From assembly GCA_963822585.1 (NCBI GenBank), contig CAWGIE010000010.1:128001-192000 (forward strand): 64,000 bases of DNA, read 5' to 3'. The notes beneath the pieces are model-generated. The model saw nothing but the letters and a program-made list of their open reading frames with translations, was not told the DNA's origin and ran no database searches. Below, one piece after another: positions 1-10,601 of the stretch. Every line of letters begins with the position of its first letter. Position 1 is the first letter of the stretch. Source of the DNA: an uncultured bacterium. Lineage in GTDB: Bacteria > Auribacterota > Erginobacteria > Erginobacterales > Erginobacteraceae. The translations under genes were made by a program, and so were the position numbers.

Positions 1-93
1 GCCCGAATAAATCTATTGTCGTTTAAACTATAGACCCCGATTGAATCAATCGGGGTCCACTATTAAATAGCGCTGAAAGCGCTAGTTAATACA

Positions 94-522
94 ATGAATA
101 CATTTTCAGCAAAACCAGCCGAGATCGAGAGAAAATGGTACCTGATCGACGCGGACGGCCAGGTGCTGGGAAGGATGGCGACCCGCATCGCCGATCTTCT
201 CCGGGGGAAGGATAAACCGATCTTCACCTCCCACGTTGATACCGGAGATTTCGTGGTGGTCGTCAACGCGGAGAAGATCACGGTGACCGGGAAGAAGGCC
301 GAGCAGAAGGAGTACCAGCGATACAGCGGGTATCCGAGCGGCCTCAAGCGCATCCCTTACGAACGGATGCTGCGGACGCATCCGGAGCGGATCATAGAAC
401 ACGCCGTCCGGGGGATGGTCCCCCATAACCGTCTGGGTCGGGCGGTGATGAAGAAACTTAAGGTCTATGCCGGGCCGAATCACCCGCATGAAGCTCAGCA
501 ACCTGAAGTACTAAAGATATAA
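94..522 (+). CDS. rplM: 50S ribosomal protein L13
   Basis: Typical L13 sequence (WYLIDA...[25 protein letters not shown]); adjacent to rpsI. Confidence 0.99.
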   Translation: MNTFSAKPAEIERKWYLIDADGQVLGRMATRIADLLRGKDKPIFTSHVDTGDFVVVVNAEKITVTGKKAEQKEYQRYSGYPSGLKRIPYERMLRTHPERIIEHAVRGMVPHNRLGRAVMKKLKVYAGPNHPHEAQQPEVLKI

Positions 523-526
523 TATT

Positions 527-925
527 ATGAGCGATACGGTAAAATATTACGCTACCGGAAGGCGGAAGACCGCCATTGCCAAGGTATGGCTCCGTCCGGG
601 GGTGGGAAAGTTCAGTATCAACCAGCGTCAGGGGCTGGAAGATTATTTCCGGCGCGATACCCTGGTCAAAAAGGTCAAGGCCCCGCTCCAGGTGACGGAT
701 AACATGGGGCGCTATGATGTGATCGCCCAGCTCGCCGGCGGCGGCAAGGCGGGGCAGGCGGGCGCCCTTTCCCACGGGATCGCCCGGGCCCTGGTGGAAG
801 CAAACCAGGCGCTGCGCCCTTCTCTGAAATCGGCCGGCCTTCTGACCCGGGATCCCCGCAAGAAGGAACGGAAGAAATACGGCCAGGCGGGAGCCCGGAA
901 AAAGTTCCAGTTCTCGAAAAGATAA
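527..925 (+). CDS. rpsI: 30S ribosomal protein S9
   Basis: [11 protein letters not shown]-terminus; RDPR.KERKKYG..GARK.FQFSKR C-terminus. Confidence 0.99.
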   Translation: MSDTVKYYATGRRKTAIAKVWLRPGVGKFSINQRQGLEDYFRRDTLVKKVKAPLQVTDNMGRYDVIAQLAGGGKAGQAGALSHGIARALVEANQALRPSLKSAGLLTRDPRKKERKKYGQAGARKKFQFSKR

Positions 926-954
926 GATTCGGGATCTCCGTTTTTTGGTCCTTC

Positions 955-984
955 AAAAAAGCAGGCCCTGGGCCTGCTTTTTTT
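955..984 (+). terminator. Intrinsic (probably bidirectional) terminator after rpsI
   Basis: AAAAAA-GCAGGCC-ctg-GGCCTGC-TTTTTTT. Confidence 0.85.
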
Positions 985-992
985 CTTTTATA

Positions 993-1112
993 ATTTCGGG
1001 GACACAATACTTAATTCCCTGGTCTTTCATCGGTGAGGTAATTTCCGGGAGAGATTGTTTCATCCGTTCGTTCTTATCATAATGGTTGAATTAAGTATTG
1101 TGTCCCCGAAAT
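993..1112. repeat. 120 bp MITE/REPIN-like element with perfect 25 bp inverted repeats
   Basis: ATTTCGGGGACACAATACTTAATTC (993-1017) and its exact reverse complement (1088-1112). Confidence 0.85.
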
Positions 1113-1220
1113 AAAAAAACAGTTTGCCGTCGGCATGGAACAGGGATTATTATGTAGATTGTCGGGCGACAGTCACCGTCGCGGATTATCAGAAAATAAG
1201 CAATTTCGAGGGATATAATC

Positions 1221-2243
1221 ATGCTGAAAACGGCAATAGTCGGCGCGACCGGATACACCGGCCTGGAGATCGTCAAGCTGCTCCTCTCTCATAACCGGGT
1301 TGAAATCAGTTCCCTGACGGCCAAGGTCGAGAAGACGGTCGGGATCCAGGAAGTATTCCCCGAACTCGCCGGCCGGATTGAGATGGCCTGCGGGAATCTC
1401 GACATTGATGATGTCTGCCGGAAGGCCGATTTCATCTTCCTGGCCCTCCCCCACACCGTCTCCATGCAGTTCGCGCCGGTTTTCCTGAAAGCCGGCAAGA
1501 AGGTGGTCGATCTGAGCGCCGATTACCGGTTTGCCGAAGGGGCGATCTTCGAAAAATGGTATGGGAGCCCCCACCGCGACCCGGAAGGGAACTCCCGGGC
1601 GGTCTACGGCCTCCCCGAACTTTTCCGGGAAGATATCAAGTCCGCCCGGCTGCTCGCGAACCCGGGATGTTATCCGACGGGGACCATCCTGGCCTGTTAC
1701 CCGCCGATCCGGGAAGGCATGGTCTCCTCCGGGAAGGTGATCGTCGACGCTAAAACCGGGGTGACCGGCGCGGGCCGGAAAGCCAGCCTGGCCCTCCTCT
1801 TCCCGGAGGTGAACGAGAATTTTAAGGCTTACAGTCTGGGTACCCACAAACATACCCCGGAGATGGAGGAAATTCTCACCCGGGCGACCGGCGCCCCGGT
1901 CCAGGTGGAGTTCGCCCCCCATCTTCTGCCGGTCAACCGGGGTATCCTGAGCACGATCTATCTGGAATTGGAGAAGGACGTCACGGAGGAAGAGGTCCTG
2001 GCAGCGTACCGGCGGTATTACGGGGAAGAGCCTTTCGTGAAGGTATATCCGGCCGGGACGCTCCCCCAGCTGCGGGAAGCGGTTGGTACCAATAACTGCC
2101 TGATCGGCATCCGGGTGAATCCGCGGACCGGGCACCTGATCGTGGTCAGCGCCATCGACAATCTCCTCAAGGGCGCCGCCGGGCAGGCGGTCCAGAATAT
2201 GAATATCATGGAGGGGTTTGAAGAAACGGAAGGGCTGGTGTAG
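1221..2243 (+). CDS. argC: N-acetyl-gamma-glutamyl-phosphate reductase
   Basis: GATGYTG, FLALPH, DLSADYR, ANPGCYPT, DNLLKGAAGQAVQN motifs. Confidence 0.98.
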   Translation: MLKTAIVGATGYTGLEIVKLLLSHNRVEISSLTAKVEKTVGIQEVFPELAGRIEMACGNLDIDDVCRKADFIFLALPHTVSMQFAPVFLKAGKKVVDLSADYRFAEGAIFEKWYGSPHRDPEGNSRAVYGLPELFREDIKSARLLANPGCYPTGTILACYPPIREGMVSSGKVIVDAKTGVTGAGRKASLALLFPEVNENFKAYSLGTHKHTPEMEEILTRATGAPVQVEFAPHLLPVNRGILSTIYLELEKDVTEEEVLAAYRRYYGEEPFVKVYPAGTLPQLREAVGTNNCLIGIRVNPRTGHLIVVSAIDNLLKGAAGQAVQNMNIMEGFEETEGLV

Positions 2244-2250
2244 CGAACGG

Positions 2251-2390
2251 CGGTCATCGGTAATCAGTAATCAGTAATCGGTGATGGCTGATGCCCGGCG
2301 AACTGATTACTGATTACTGATCACTGATTTCTGATCACTGATCACTGATTACTGATTACTGATTACTGATTACTGATCACTGATTACTGT
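2251..2390. repeat. Inverted heptamer tandem-repeat element (GTAATCA)n...(TGATTAC/TGATCAC)n
   Basis: Seen directly; same family at 5958-6038, 7252-7373, 50082-50180. Confidence 0.9.
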
Positions 2391-2415
2391 AAGTCATCAT
2401 GTATGCCTGCGCGAT

Positions 2416-3642
2416 ATGACCACAAACGGACACATAAAACGGTTGGATACCCCTGAGCTGCCGGCCGGCTTCCGCGCCGCCGGAACGGCCTGCGGGATCA
2501 AGGCCGCCGGGAAGAAGGATCTGGCGATGATTTACTCCGAGTCGGAGACGGCCGCCGCCGGCGCTTTCACCAGCAACCGGGTGACGGCCCCCCCGGTCAC
2601 GGTGAGCCGGACGGTACTCGCCCGCGGGCGGTGCCGGGCGATCGTCGCCAACAGCGGCTGCGCCAACGCCGCCACCGGCAAGAGAGGGCTGAGGGACGCC
2701 GAAGAGATGGGCCACCTGGCGGCCGAGGCCCTCGGTGTTTCGGCGGCCGAGACGGCGGTGGCTTCCACCGGGAGGATCGGCCGTTTTCTGCCCCTGGATA
2801 AGATCGAGCCCGGAATCCGGGAACTGGGCCGGATCATCCGGGATGGAGGCAACGCCGCCGCTGCCGAAGCCATTATGACCACGGACACCTTTCCCAAGGA
2901 GATCGCTCTGGAATTGAGGGTAGAGGGGAAGGCGGCCCTTCTCTGGGGGATCGCCAAGGGAGCGGGCATGATCTATCCCCGGATGCGGGTGGTGACGCCG
3001 CCCCACGCCACCATGTTCTCTTTCCTGGCCACCGATCTGGCGGTCGAGGCACCCCTGCTGAGAGAGTCTCTCGCCCGTTCGCTCGCCCAGTCGTTTAACC
3101 GGATCACGGTCGACGGGGACACCAGCACCAACGACACCGTTCTCCTGCTGGCGAACGGGCGCTCGGGTGTAACGATCGCGGCGGGCACTCCTTCCGCCGC
3201 CCGGTTCCAGGAAGCGCTCGATCACCTCACCCGGGAACTGGCCTGGATGATCGTGAGAGATGGCGAGGGAGCGGGAAAGTTCATCGGGATCGAGGTCCGC
3301 GGCGCCCTGACGGCGTCCGACGCCCGCCGGGCGGCGGAGGCGGTCGGCAATTCGCTTCTCTTCAAGTGCGCTCTTCACGGGGAGACGCCGAACTGGGGGC
3401 GCCTTTTGGCCGCCCTGGGGTACTCGGGTGCGGAGATCGACGAGGAAAGGATGGCCGTCTCCCTGGGGGAGATTGAGATCATCCGGGAGGGACTGCACCT
3501 TGAAGCGGACCCCGGGCTTGTTGCCGACGCGCTGAAGAAGAAGGAACTGTGGTTCCTGATCGATCTTCACCTGGGGGAAGGGAGGGATGTCTGTTATACC
3601 TGTGACATCACGCCGGACTACGTGAAGATCAACAAGGAATAG
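2416..3642 (+). CDS. argJ: Bifunctional ornithine acetyltransferase / N-acetylglutamate synthase
   Basis: NSGCANAATG, IMTTDT, AKGAGMI.P...ATM, DGDTSTNDT, DGEGA, NWGR. Confidence 0.97.
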   Translation: MTTNGHIKRLDTPELPAGFRAAGTACGIKAAGKKDLAMIYSESETAAAGAFTSNRVTAPPVTVSRTVLARGRCRAIVANSGCANAATGKRGLRDAEEMGHLAAEALGVSAAETAVASTGRIGRFLPLDKIEPGIRELGRIIRDGGNAAAAEAIMTTDTFPKEIALELRVEGKAALLWGIAKGAGMIYPRMRVVTPPHATMFSFLATDLAVEAPLLRESLARSLAQSFNRITVDGDTSTNDTVLLLANGRSGVTIAAGTPSAARFQEALDHLTRELAWMIVRDGEGAGKFIGIEVRGALTASDARRAAEAVGNSLLFKCALHGETPNWGRLLAALGYSGAEIDEERMAVSLGEIEIIREGLHLEADPGLVADALKKKELWFLIDLHLGEGRDVCYTCDITPDYVKINKE

Positions 3643-3671
3643 TAATTATTTTTTTCCAGAGGAAAAAAATT

Positions 3672-4562
3672 ATGAAGAAATTGATCGAGAAAGCCGCGGT
3701 TTTGATCGAGGCGCTCCCCTATATCCAATCCTTCGGCGGCAAGATCGTGGTTATCAAGCTGGGGGGAAGCGCCATGACTTCTCCCGCCTGCGTGGAGGGG
3801 GTGTTGCGGGACGTCGTCTTTATGGAGGCGGTGAAGATGAAACCCCTGGTGGTTCATGGCGGCGGGAACGCGATCAGCCGGAAGATGAAGGAAGCCGGCA
3901 TCTCTCCCCGCTTTATTGAAGGCCTGCGGGTGACCGATAAGCAGGTGATGGGGATCGTCTGGGAAGTCCTGGCCGGCATCAACGATGAACTGACCGAGAA
4001 GATCCGCTCCCTGGGGGGACGGGCGGAAGGGTTCTGTTCCCATGAAAACAGGGTGATCACGGCCCGGAAGCTGGAGCCTACGATCACGGGTCCGGGAGGG
4101 AAATCCCACCCGGTCGATCTCGGTTACGTGGGCGACGTGGACCGGGTCGACGTGGACGCGATTTTGAAAGTCACCCGGCGGGACCGGGTCCCGGTGATCG
4201 CTCCTCTGGGCAGCGATAAAGAGGGCAATCTGTACAACATCAACGGCGACCTGGCGGCCGGCGCCCTGGCGGCGGCCCTGAAAGCCGAGAAACTGGTCTT
4301 TCTGACCGACGTCGAGGGGATCATGACCAGAGAGGACGAAAGCGGGAAGCACCAGGTCCTCTCCTCTTTGCGGAAGAAAGAGATCGAACGGCTCCTGGAG
4401 GAGGGAACGATCGCCGGGGGGATGATCCCCAAGGCGACCGCGGGGCTGCAGGCCCTGGAGAGAGGAGTAAAAAAAGTGCATATCATCGACGGCAGGCTCA
4501 AGCATTCCCTCCTGCTGGAGATATTTACGGATAAGGGGATTGGAACCGAGATAGTGAATTAA
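3672..4562 (+). CDS. argB: Acetylglutamate kinase
   Basis: LIEALPYI, KLGG, VHGGG, GLRVTD, NINGD, GGMIPK, HSLLLEIFT..GIGT. Confidence 0.98.
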   Translation: MKKLIEKAAVLIEALPYIQSFGGKIVVIKLGGSAMTSPACVEGVLRDVVFMEAVKMKPLVVHGGGNAISRKMKEAGISPRFIEGLRVTDKQVMGIVWEVLAGINDELTEKIRSLGGRAEGFCSHENRVITARKLEPTITGPGGKSHPVDLGYVGDVDRVDVDAILKVTRRDRVPVIAPLGSDKEGNLYNINGDLAAGALAAALKAEKLVFLTDVEGIMTREDESGKHQVLSSLRKKEIERLLEEGTIAGGMIPKATAGLQALERGVKKVHIIDGRLKHSLLLEIFTDKGIGTEIVN

Positions 4563-4621
4563 TACGGAGCGGGTAAGCGACTCCGTGATGAAGGGTTGTT
4601 CGCAGGATGACTTGTAATACA

Positions 4622-4715
4622 GTATGGAGTAATGGAATGATGGAATAATGGAATGATGGGAAAGCGGCCGGACGGGGTATCCCATCACTCCAACACTCCA
4701 ATACTCCATCACTCC
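4622..4715. repeat. Inverted octamer tandem-repeat element (GGAGTAAT/GGAATGAT)n...(ACTCCAAT/ACTCCATC)n
   Basis: Seen directly; same family at 11470-11568 and 51144-51234. Confidence 0.9.
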
Positions 4716-4756
4716 TTGTCGGCTATCCCTTCAATAATGATAAGGTGAATGATGCT

Positions 4757-5948
4757 ATGAATAATACAGAATACTATTATACAGGACTACGACCGGTATG
4801 TCCTCAACACCTATACCCGCAACCCGGTGGTGATCGTGAGGGGGGAAGGATCGTGGGTCTGGGACGCCGAAGGGAAAAAGTACCTGGATCTTTTCCCCGG
4901 CTGGGGCGTCAGCAGCCTCGGGCATTGCCCTCCCCGGGTGACGGCCGCGGTCCGGGAACAGGCTGGCCGGCTCCTCCACATGCCGAACAATTTTTTCAAT
5001 GAACTCCAGGGACGGCTGGCCCGGGTGATCATCGAGAATTCTTTTCCCGGCAAAGTCTTTTTCGGCAATTCGGGGGCGGAGGCCAATGAGGGAGCGATCA
5101 AGCTGGCCCGGCGATTCGGCGAGCCGGAGGGACGCTTCGAGATCATCACCATGCAGTCCTCCTTTCACGGACGGACCCTGGCGGCCGTCACCGCCACCGG
5201 TCAGGAGAAGTATCACTCCGGGTTCGGTCCCCTGATCCCCGGTTTCCGCTACGTCAGGCTCAATGAGACGGCCGAGCTGGAGGAAGCGCTCAACGAACGG
5301 ACGGTCGCCGTTATGCTGGAACTGATCCAGGGGGAGGGGGGCGTCCGGCCCGCCCGGCCCGATTTCGCGCGGGAGGTCCGGGAGATCTGCGAGCGGGAGA
5401 ATCTGCTGATGATCGTCGATGAAGTGCAGACCGGCATGGGCCGCACGGGGAAGTACTTCGCTTTTCAGAAGTACGGGGTGACCCCGGACGTGATGACGCT
5501 GGCGAAGGCCCTGGGAGGGGGGCTCCCGATCGGGGCCATGGTGGTGAGCGAACGGTTCGCGGATGTCCTGACCCCGGGGACCCACGCCTCGACCTTCGGC
5601 GGCAGCCCCCTGGTCTGCGCGGCCGCCCTGGCGGTTTTCCGGGCGATGGAGGAGGAAGGGGTCATGGAAAACGTGGCCCGGATGGGAGAATACCTGCGCG
5701 GGAGACTGGAGGGGCTCCGGGACGAGTTCCCGGCCGTCAAAGAGGTCCGGGGAATGGGACTGATGCTGGGGATGGAATGCGACCGGGAATGTAAGCCCCT
5801 GGTCGATCTCTGCCTGGAGAGAGGCCTGATCGTCAACTGCACGGCCGGGAACGTCCTCCGGGTGATGCCCGCCTTAAATGTCACTCAAGATGAAATTAAT
5901 CAGGCGCTTGAAATTTTGCGAGGGGTTTTGCGCGATAGTGGAGACTGA
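4757..5948 (+). CDS. argD: Acetylornithine aminotransferase; apparent +1 frameshift near 4772, main frame open from 4761 to 5948
   Basis: NSGAEANEGA, SFHGRT, DEVQTG.GRTG, TLAKALGGG; conserved YVLNTY.R N-terminus lies upstream of the 4827 GTG in the same frame, but ATG 4757 is out of frame. Confidence 0.93.
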
Positions 5949-5957
5949 GGAGAAAAA

Positions 5958-6038
5958 GTAATCGGTGATCAGTAATCAGTACGCCTGGCTACCGGTTGGT
6001 TTCACTGATCACTGATCACTGATCACTGATTACTGATT
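5958..6038. repeat. Inverted heptamer tandem-repeat element
   Basis: GTAATCGGTGATCAGTAATCAG...CTGATCACTGATCACTGATCACTGATTACTGATT. Confidence 0.85.
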
Positions 6039-6061
6039 AATATTCCAGAAGGAGTAAACTG

Positions 6062-7255
6062 ATGAGTAAAGTGGTATTGGCATATTCCGGAGGGCTCGAT
6101 ACCTCCATTATTCTCAAGTGGCTTCAGGTGGAAAAGGGGCTGGACGTGGTCGCTTTTATCGCCGATCTGGGACAGGAAGCGGAGGTGGAGGAGGCGGCCC
6201 AAAAAGCGAAACGGACCGGGGCCTGCGCGGTCTACGTGGAGGACGTCCGGGAGGAGTTCGTCCGGGACTACGTCTTCCCCGCCATCCAGGCCAACGCCGT
6301 TTACGAGGGGACCTACCTCCTGGGAACCTCCCTGGCCCGGCCCCTGATCGCCAAAAAAATGATCGAGATCGCCCGTAAGGAAGGGGCTGAATACGTTTCG
6401 CATGGAGCCACCGGGAAGGGCAACGACCAGGTCCGGTTCGAAGTCAGCTGTATCGCCCTGGAGCCGGCGATCAAGATCATCGCCCCCTGGCGGGAGTGGA
6501 ATTTCAAGTCAAGGAGCGACCTGATCGCCTACGCGAAAAAGCACGGGATCGATATCCCGGTCTCCAAGGAGAAGCCGTACAGCAGCGACCGCAACCTGCT
6601 CCATATCAGCTTTGAAGGAGGGATCCTGGAAGATCCCTGGAAGAAGCCCCCGGAGGACATGTTCGTCCTCAGCGTCTCTCCGCAGGCGGCCCCCGACCGG
6701 ACCACCGTTATCGAGATCGAGTTCGAGCAGGGACTCCCGACGGCCCTGAACGGAAAGAAACTCGCCCCCGCCGCCCTCCTCGGGGCCCTGAACAAGCTGG
6801 GGGGCGAGAACGGGATCGGACGGATGGACATCGTCGAGAACCGGTTCGTGGGGATGAAGAGCCGGGGGGTCTATGAGACGCCGGGGGGGACCATCCTCCA
6901 CATCGCCCACCGGGCCCTGGAGACGATTACCCTCGACCGCGAGGTCTTTCATTTCAAGGATTCGCTGATCACCAAGTACTCGGAGCTGGTCTACAACGGG
7001 TTCTGGTTCGCCCCCGAGATGGAGCTGCTCCGGAAGACCATCGCGGAGAGCCAGCGGGACGTGAACGGCACGGTCCGCCTGGAACTCTACAAGGGGAACT
7101 GCGCGGTGACGGGGAGAAAGTCCCCCAACTCGCTCTATGATCCGGAGATGGTGACCTTCGAGGAAGACGACGTTTATCAGCAGAGCGACGCCACCGGGTT
7201 CATCCGCCTCAACGCACTGCGGCTGAAGATCCGGGCCCGGCTGAAAAGAAAGTAA
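6062..7255 (+). CDS. argG: Argininosuccinate synthase
   Basis: [39 protein letters not shown]. Confidence 0.99.
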   Translation: MSKVVLAYSGGLDTSIILKWLQVEKGLDVVAFIADLGQEAEVEEAAQKAKRTGACAVYVEDVREEFVRDYVFPAIQANAVYEGTYLLGTSLARPLIAKKMIEIARKEGAEYVSHGATGKGNDQVRFEVSCIALEPAIKIIAPWREWNFKSRSDLIAYAKKHGIDIPVSKEKPYSSDRNLLHISFEGGILEDPWKKPPEDMFVLSVSPQAAPDRTTVIEIEFEQGLPTALNGKKLAPAALLGALNKLGGENGIGRMDIVENRFVGMKSRGVYETPGGTILHIAHRALETITLDREVFHFKDSLITKYSELVYNGFWFAPEMELLRKTIAESQRDVNGTVRLELYKGNCAVTGRKSPNSLYDPEMVTFEEDDVYQQSDATGFIRLNALRLKIRARLKRK

Positions 7256-7373
7256 TCGGTTATCAGTGATCGGTAATCAGTCGATTGGATTGCCGGGTCC
7301 AGTTCTATCGGTTACTGATGACCGATCACCGATTACTGATTACTGATTACCGATTACCGATTACTGATTACCG
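7252..7373. repeat. Inverted heptamer tandem-repeat element
   Basis: GTAATCGG...(CCGATTA/CTGATTA)n between argG and argH. Confidence 0.85.
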
Positions 7374-7395
7374 TTCTTTATGGGAGGTATACCTG

Positions 7396-8778
7396 ATGGC
7401 TAAAAAATTATGGGGCGGACGGTTTCGGAAGGAATCACATGAAATGATGGAACGTTTCGGTTCGTCCCTGCCGTTTGACCGGCGCCTCTACAAGGCGGAT
7501 ATCAAAGCCGGTATCGCCCACGCCCGGGTTTTGGAGAAGGGGGGCTACATCTCTTCCCGGGAGAAAAACCGGGTGGTAAAAATACTGGGGGAGATCGGGG
7601 AGGAAATTGCGGCGGGAAAGATCGATCTTTCCGGCGGCTACGAGGACATACACAGCCTGATCCTGGATCTGCTTGCTCTCCAGGACGCTTCCCTGGCGGA
7701 AAAACTTCATGCCGGACGTTCCCGCAATGACCTGGTGGTCCTCGACACCCGGCTTTATCTGAAAGAGGAACTGGCGGAGATCGAGGGCCTGATCCGGGAT
7801 CTCCAGTCCGCGCTGGTGGAGAAGGGGGATGAGTATAACGACGCCATCATGCCCGGCTACACGCATCTCCAGCACGCGCAGCCGGTTCTGGTGGCTCATC
7901 ACCTGCTGGCCTACGTGGAGATGCTGGAGCGGGACCGTTCTCGTCTGCGGCAGGCGCGCGCGCGGATGGACCTGCTCCCGGCCGGATCCGCCGCGTTGGC
8001 CGGGAGCAATCTGCACCTGGATCAGAAGCTGATGGCCGAGCTGCTCGGTTTCCGCCACGTGGCCCCGAACAGCCTGGACGCGGTCGCCGACCGCGATTTT
8101 ATCGTCGAGTCGCTGGCGGATCTGGCCGTGCTCGGGATGCATCTTTCCCGTCTGGCGGGAGAACTGGTTCTCTGGAGTACGGCGGAATTCCGGTTTATCG
8201 AACTCGATGAGGCCTTCTGCACGGGAAGCAGCTTCCTCCCCCAGAAGAAAAACCCCGATCCGGCGGAATTGATCCGGGGCAAGGCCGGACGCCTCTACGG
8301 CAATCTTCTGGCGGTGCTGGCGGCGCTGAAAGGGCTCCCCCTGGCCTATAACCGGGATCTGCAGGAAGATAAGGAACCGCTCTTCGATTCGATCGATACC
8401 GTGCGCGGATCGCTGGCCGTCATGACCGGGGTTATCTCCACCCTGCGCTTCAACCGGGCGGAGCTCGCTGCCGCCGTGGCGAAGGGGTTCTCGTCGGCCC
8501 CTGACCTGGCGGAGTACCTGGTGGAACGGGGGGTCCCGTTCCGGGAAGCGCATCAGGCGGTGGGAGAGCTGATCGCCCGGCTGCTGGACGAGGGAAAAAG
8601 CCCCGGGGAGATAACGCTTGACGAACTACGGTGGTCTTCACCGGCCTTCGAGGCGCCGGCGCTGAAACTGCTGACCCCGGCAGCCTCGGTCGCCGGCAAG
8701 ACGACGATCGGGAGCACCGCGCCGGCCCGGGTGCGCCGGCAGCTGCGCCGGTGGAAAAAGAAACTGGAGCCAAAATGA
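7396..8778 (+). CDS. argH: Argininosuccinate lyase (start revised to ATG 7396)
   Basis: KLWGGRF, GRSRND, MPGYTHLQHAQP, GSS.LPQKKNPD; GGAGG upstream of 7396. Confidence 0.97.
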   Translation: MAKKLWGGRFRKESHEMMERFGSSLPFDRRLYKADIKAGIAHARVLEKGGYISSREKNRVVKILGEIGEEIAAGKIDLSGGYEDIHSLILDLLALQDASLAEKLHAGRSRNDLVVLDTRLYLKEELAEIEGLIRDLQSALVEKGDEYNDAIMPGYTHLQHAQPVLVAHHLLAYVEMLERDRSRLRQARARMDLLPAGSAALAGSNLHLDQKLMAELLGFRHVAPNSLDAVADRDFIVESLADLAVLGMHLSRLAGELVLWSTAEFRFIELDEAFCTGSSFLPQKKNPDPAELIRGKAGRLYGNLLAVLAALKGLPLAYNRDLQEDKEPLFDSIDTVRGSLAVMTGVISTLRFNRAELAAAVAKGFSSAPDLAEYLVERGVPFREAHQAVGELIARLLDEGKSPGEITLDELRWSSPAFEAPALKLLTPAASVAGKTTIGSTAPARVRRQLRRWKKKLEPK

Positions 8779-9093
8779 CGAAATCCGAATGAGGAAACCC
8801 GAAAGAATAACTAATCACGAATGATGAAGGGAGAAAAAAGTGAGCGGTAAGCAGTGAGCGGTAAACGGTCGCCTCGGCTCTTCGGCGTTACTGCTCAATT
8901 TAAAAGTGTAGTACTCTCTGTACTCTCCGCCTTTTCGTGGTTCAAATAAAGGGGGCGTAGCGGTGGGACTTTTGCGTCTTTTGCGCTTTTTTGCGGCTGA
9001 TAAAAAGGGGGTGAGGTAGAGGGAGCTTTTGTGCATTTTACGCAATTTTGCGGCTAAGTAAGGGGGCTGAGGGGAGGGGAAAAGAAAGTAACA

Positions 9094-10374
9094 ATGGAAT
9101 TGAAAATCAATAGTGACGCCTGGAACTACCGGGACGGGGTTCTCTGCTGCGAGGAGGTCCCTCTCGACCTGATCGCCCGGAAGGCGGGCACCCCGGCCTA
9201 CGTGTACAGTCACCGCCATCTGGTCGACCGTTTCCGGGAGATGGACACGGCCTGGGGCCGCCGCCGCCACCGGGTTTGCTTTTCCATGAAATCCAATTCC
9301 AGCCTGGCGGTGGCCCGGGTCCTGATCGGGGAAGGCGCCGGGGTTGACGTGGTTTCCGGGGGCGAACTCTACCGGGTCCTCCGGGCGGGAGCTTCCCCGG
9401 GAACGATCGTTTTCGCGGGCGTGGGGAAGACCGCCCGGGAGATCGCCGCCGCGCTCCGGGCGGAGATACTCTTCTTTACCGTCGAATCGGCATCCGAACT
9501 GGATCTGATCGACCGGACGGCCCGGAAGATGAACCGGATCGCGCCGGTCGCGCTCCGGGTCACCCCCGATGTCGATCCGAAGACGCACCGCTACATCACC
9601 ACCGGGAAGGATGAAAACAAGTTCGGCCTCGACCGGGAAGCGGCGCTTGACTTTTACCGCCGCGCCCGCGATCTTTCCCATGTGGCCCCGGTCGGCATCC
9701 AGATGCATATCGGCTCCCAGATTCTCCGGACCGGGCCGTACCGGGAAGGCGTGAAGAGGCTGATCAACCTGGTCCGGAAGCTGAAAAAAGAAGGCATCCC
9801 CCTCCGGTACCTCGACATCGGGGGGGGCATGGGGGTGAGCTACCGGGGAGAGAATCCCCCGTCGGCCCGGGAATATGCCGCCGCTCTGGCGCCCCTCCTG
9901 AAGGGACTCGACCTGACGCTGATCCTGGAGCCGGGACGTTTTATCACCGGCAACGCCGGGGTGCTGCTGGTGCGGGTGCTCTATGTCAAAAAGAAAAGGA
10001 AGAAAAGCTTTATCGTGGTCGACGGGGCGATGAACGACCTGATCCGGCCGGCCCTCTATGGCGCCCACCACCAGATTGTTCCCGTCCGGCCGCGGGCCGG
10101 CGGGGATATCCGCGCCGACGTGGTGGGACCGATCTGCGAGACCGGCGACCTTTTGGGGGAGGGGAGGCTGCTGCCCGAGCCGAAGGAGGGCGACTTCCTG
10201 GCGGTGCTGACCGCCGGAGCCTACGGCTACGTAATGAGCTCCAATTACAACTCCCGCCCCCGGTGCGCCGAGGTGATGGTCAAAGATGACGAGTTCCGGG
10301 TCATTCGCCGCAGGGAAACCTACCGCGACCTGATCCGGGGAGAGATACTGCCCGACTTCCTGAAGGAGATGTAG
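9094..10374 (+). CDS. lysA: Diaminopimelate decarboxylase
   Basis: MKSNS, DVVSGGEL, HIGSQI, EPGR, GPICETGD, GAYG..MSSNYNSR. Confidence 0.98.
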   Translation: MELKINSDAWNYRDGVLCCEEVPLDLIARKAGTPAYVYSHRHLVDRFREMDTAWGRRRHRVCFSMKSNSSLAVARVLIGEGAGVDVVSGGELYRVLRAGASPGTIVFAGVGKTAREIAAALRAEILFFTVESASELDLIDRTARKMNRIAPVALRVTPDVDPKTHRYITTGKDENKFGLDREAALDFYRRARDLSHVAPVGIQMHIGSQILRTGPYREGVKRLINLVRKLKKEGIPLRYLDIGGGMGVSYRGENPPSAREYAAALAPLLKGLDLTLILEPGRFITGNAGVLLVRVLYVKKKRKKSFIVVDGAMNDLIRPALYGAHHQIVPVRPRAGGDIRADVVGPICETGDLLGEGRLLPEPKEGDFLAVLTAGAYGYVMSSNYNSRPRCAEVMVKDDEFRVIRRRETYRDLIRGEILPDFLKEM

Positions 10375-10376
10375 AG

Positions 10377-10601
10377 TGTAGTATCGTCCTTTCGCTGCGC
10401 GTAAGGACTTGTAGGATCAGAATGCCTTCGGCATTCTTTGTAGGAATTGTAGGATCGCGCCTGCCTGTCGGCAGTCGCTTGCGGTTCGGCAAGCCGTGCC
10501 TCCGGCACGGCGATACTACAACTACTACAATTATTACAAGTCCTTCACGGAGTGAAGGACGATCCCGCATAAATGAGCGACCGCAGGGAGTTGATTTATA
10601 A
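10377..10601 (+). repeat. ~225 bp palindromic dispersed element, copy 1 (copy 2 at 63345-63595)
   Basis: Shared TGTAGTATCGTCCTTTCGCT...GGACTTGTAGGATCAGAATGCC..CGGCATTCTTTGTAGGAATTGTAGGATCGC...GTGAAGGACGATCC; ends in a hairpin abutting an ATG. Confidence 0.9.

Noticed and set aside
1086..1103. ARG box upstream of argC
   Set aside because: The TGAAT match is part of the 25 bp inverted repeat and has no tandem partner
2251..2390. Tandem repeats as a CRISPR array
   Set aside because: Units are 7 nt with no unique spacers and there are no cas genes
7285..7395. N-terminal extensions in the ORF track for argH (also dapB, htpX, 29292, 33330, 49130)
   Set aside because: They translate repeat or attC DNA; conserved N-termini and SD sites point to later starts
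8780..9093. Lysine riboswitch upstream of lysA
   Set aside because: Region is explained by stacked short repeats; no L-box consensus recognised
1173..10071. Long antisense ORFs (e.g. 1173-2135, 2377-3570, 7435-8553, 8815-10071)
   Set aside because: Shadow frames of GC-rich genes with no recognisable motifs
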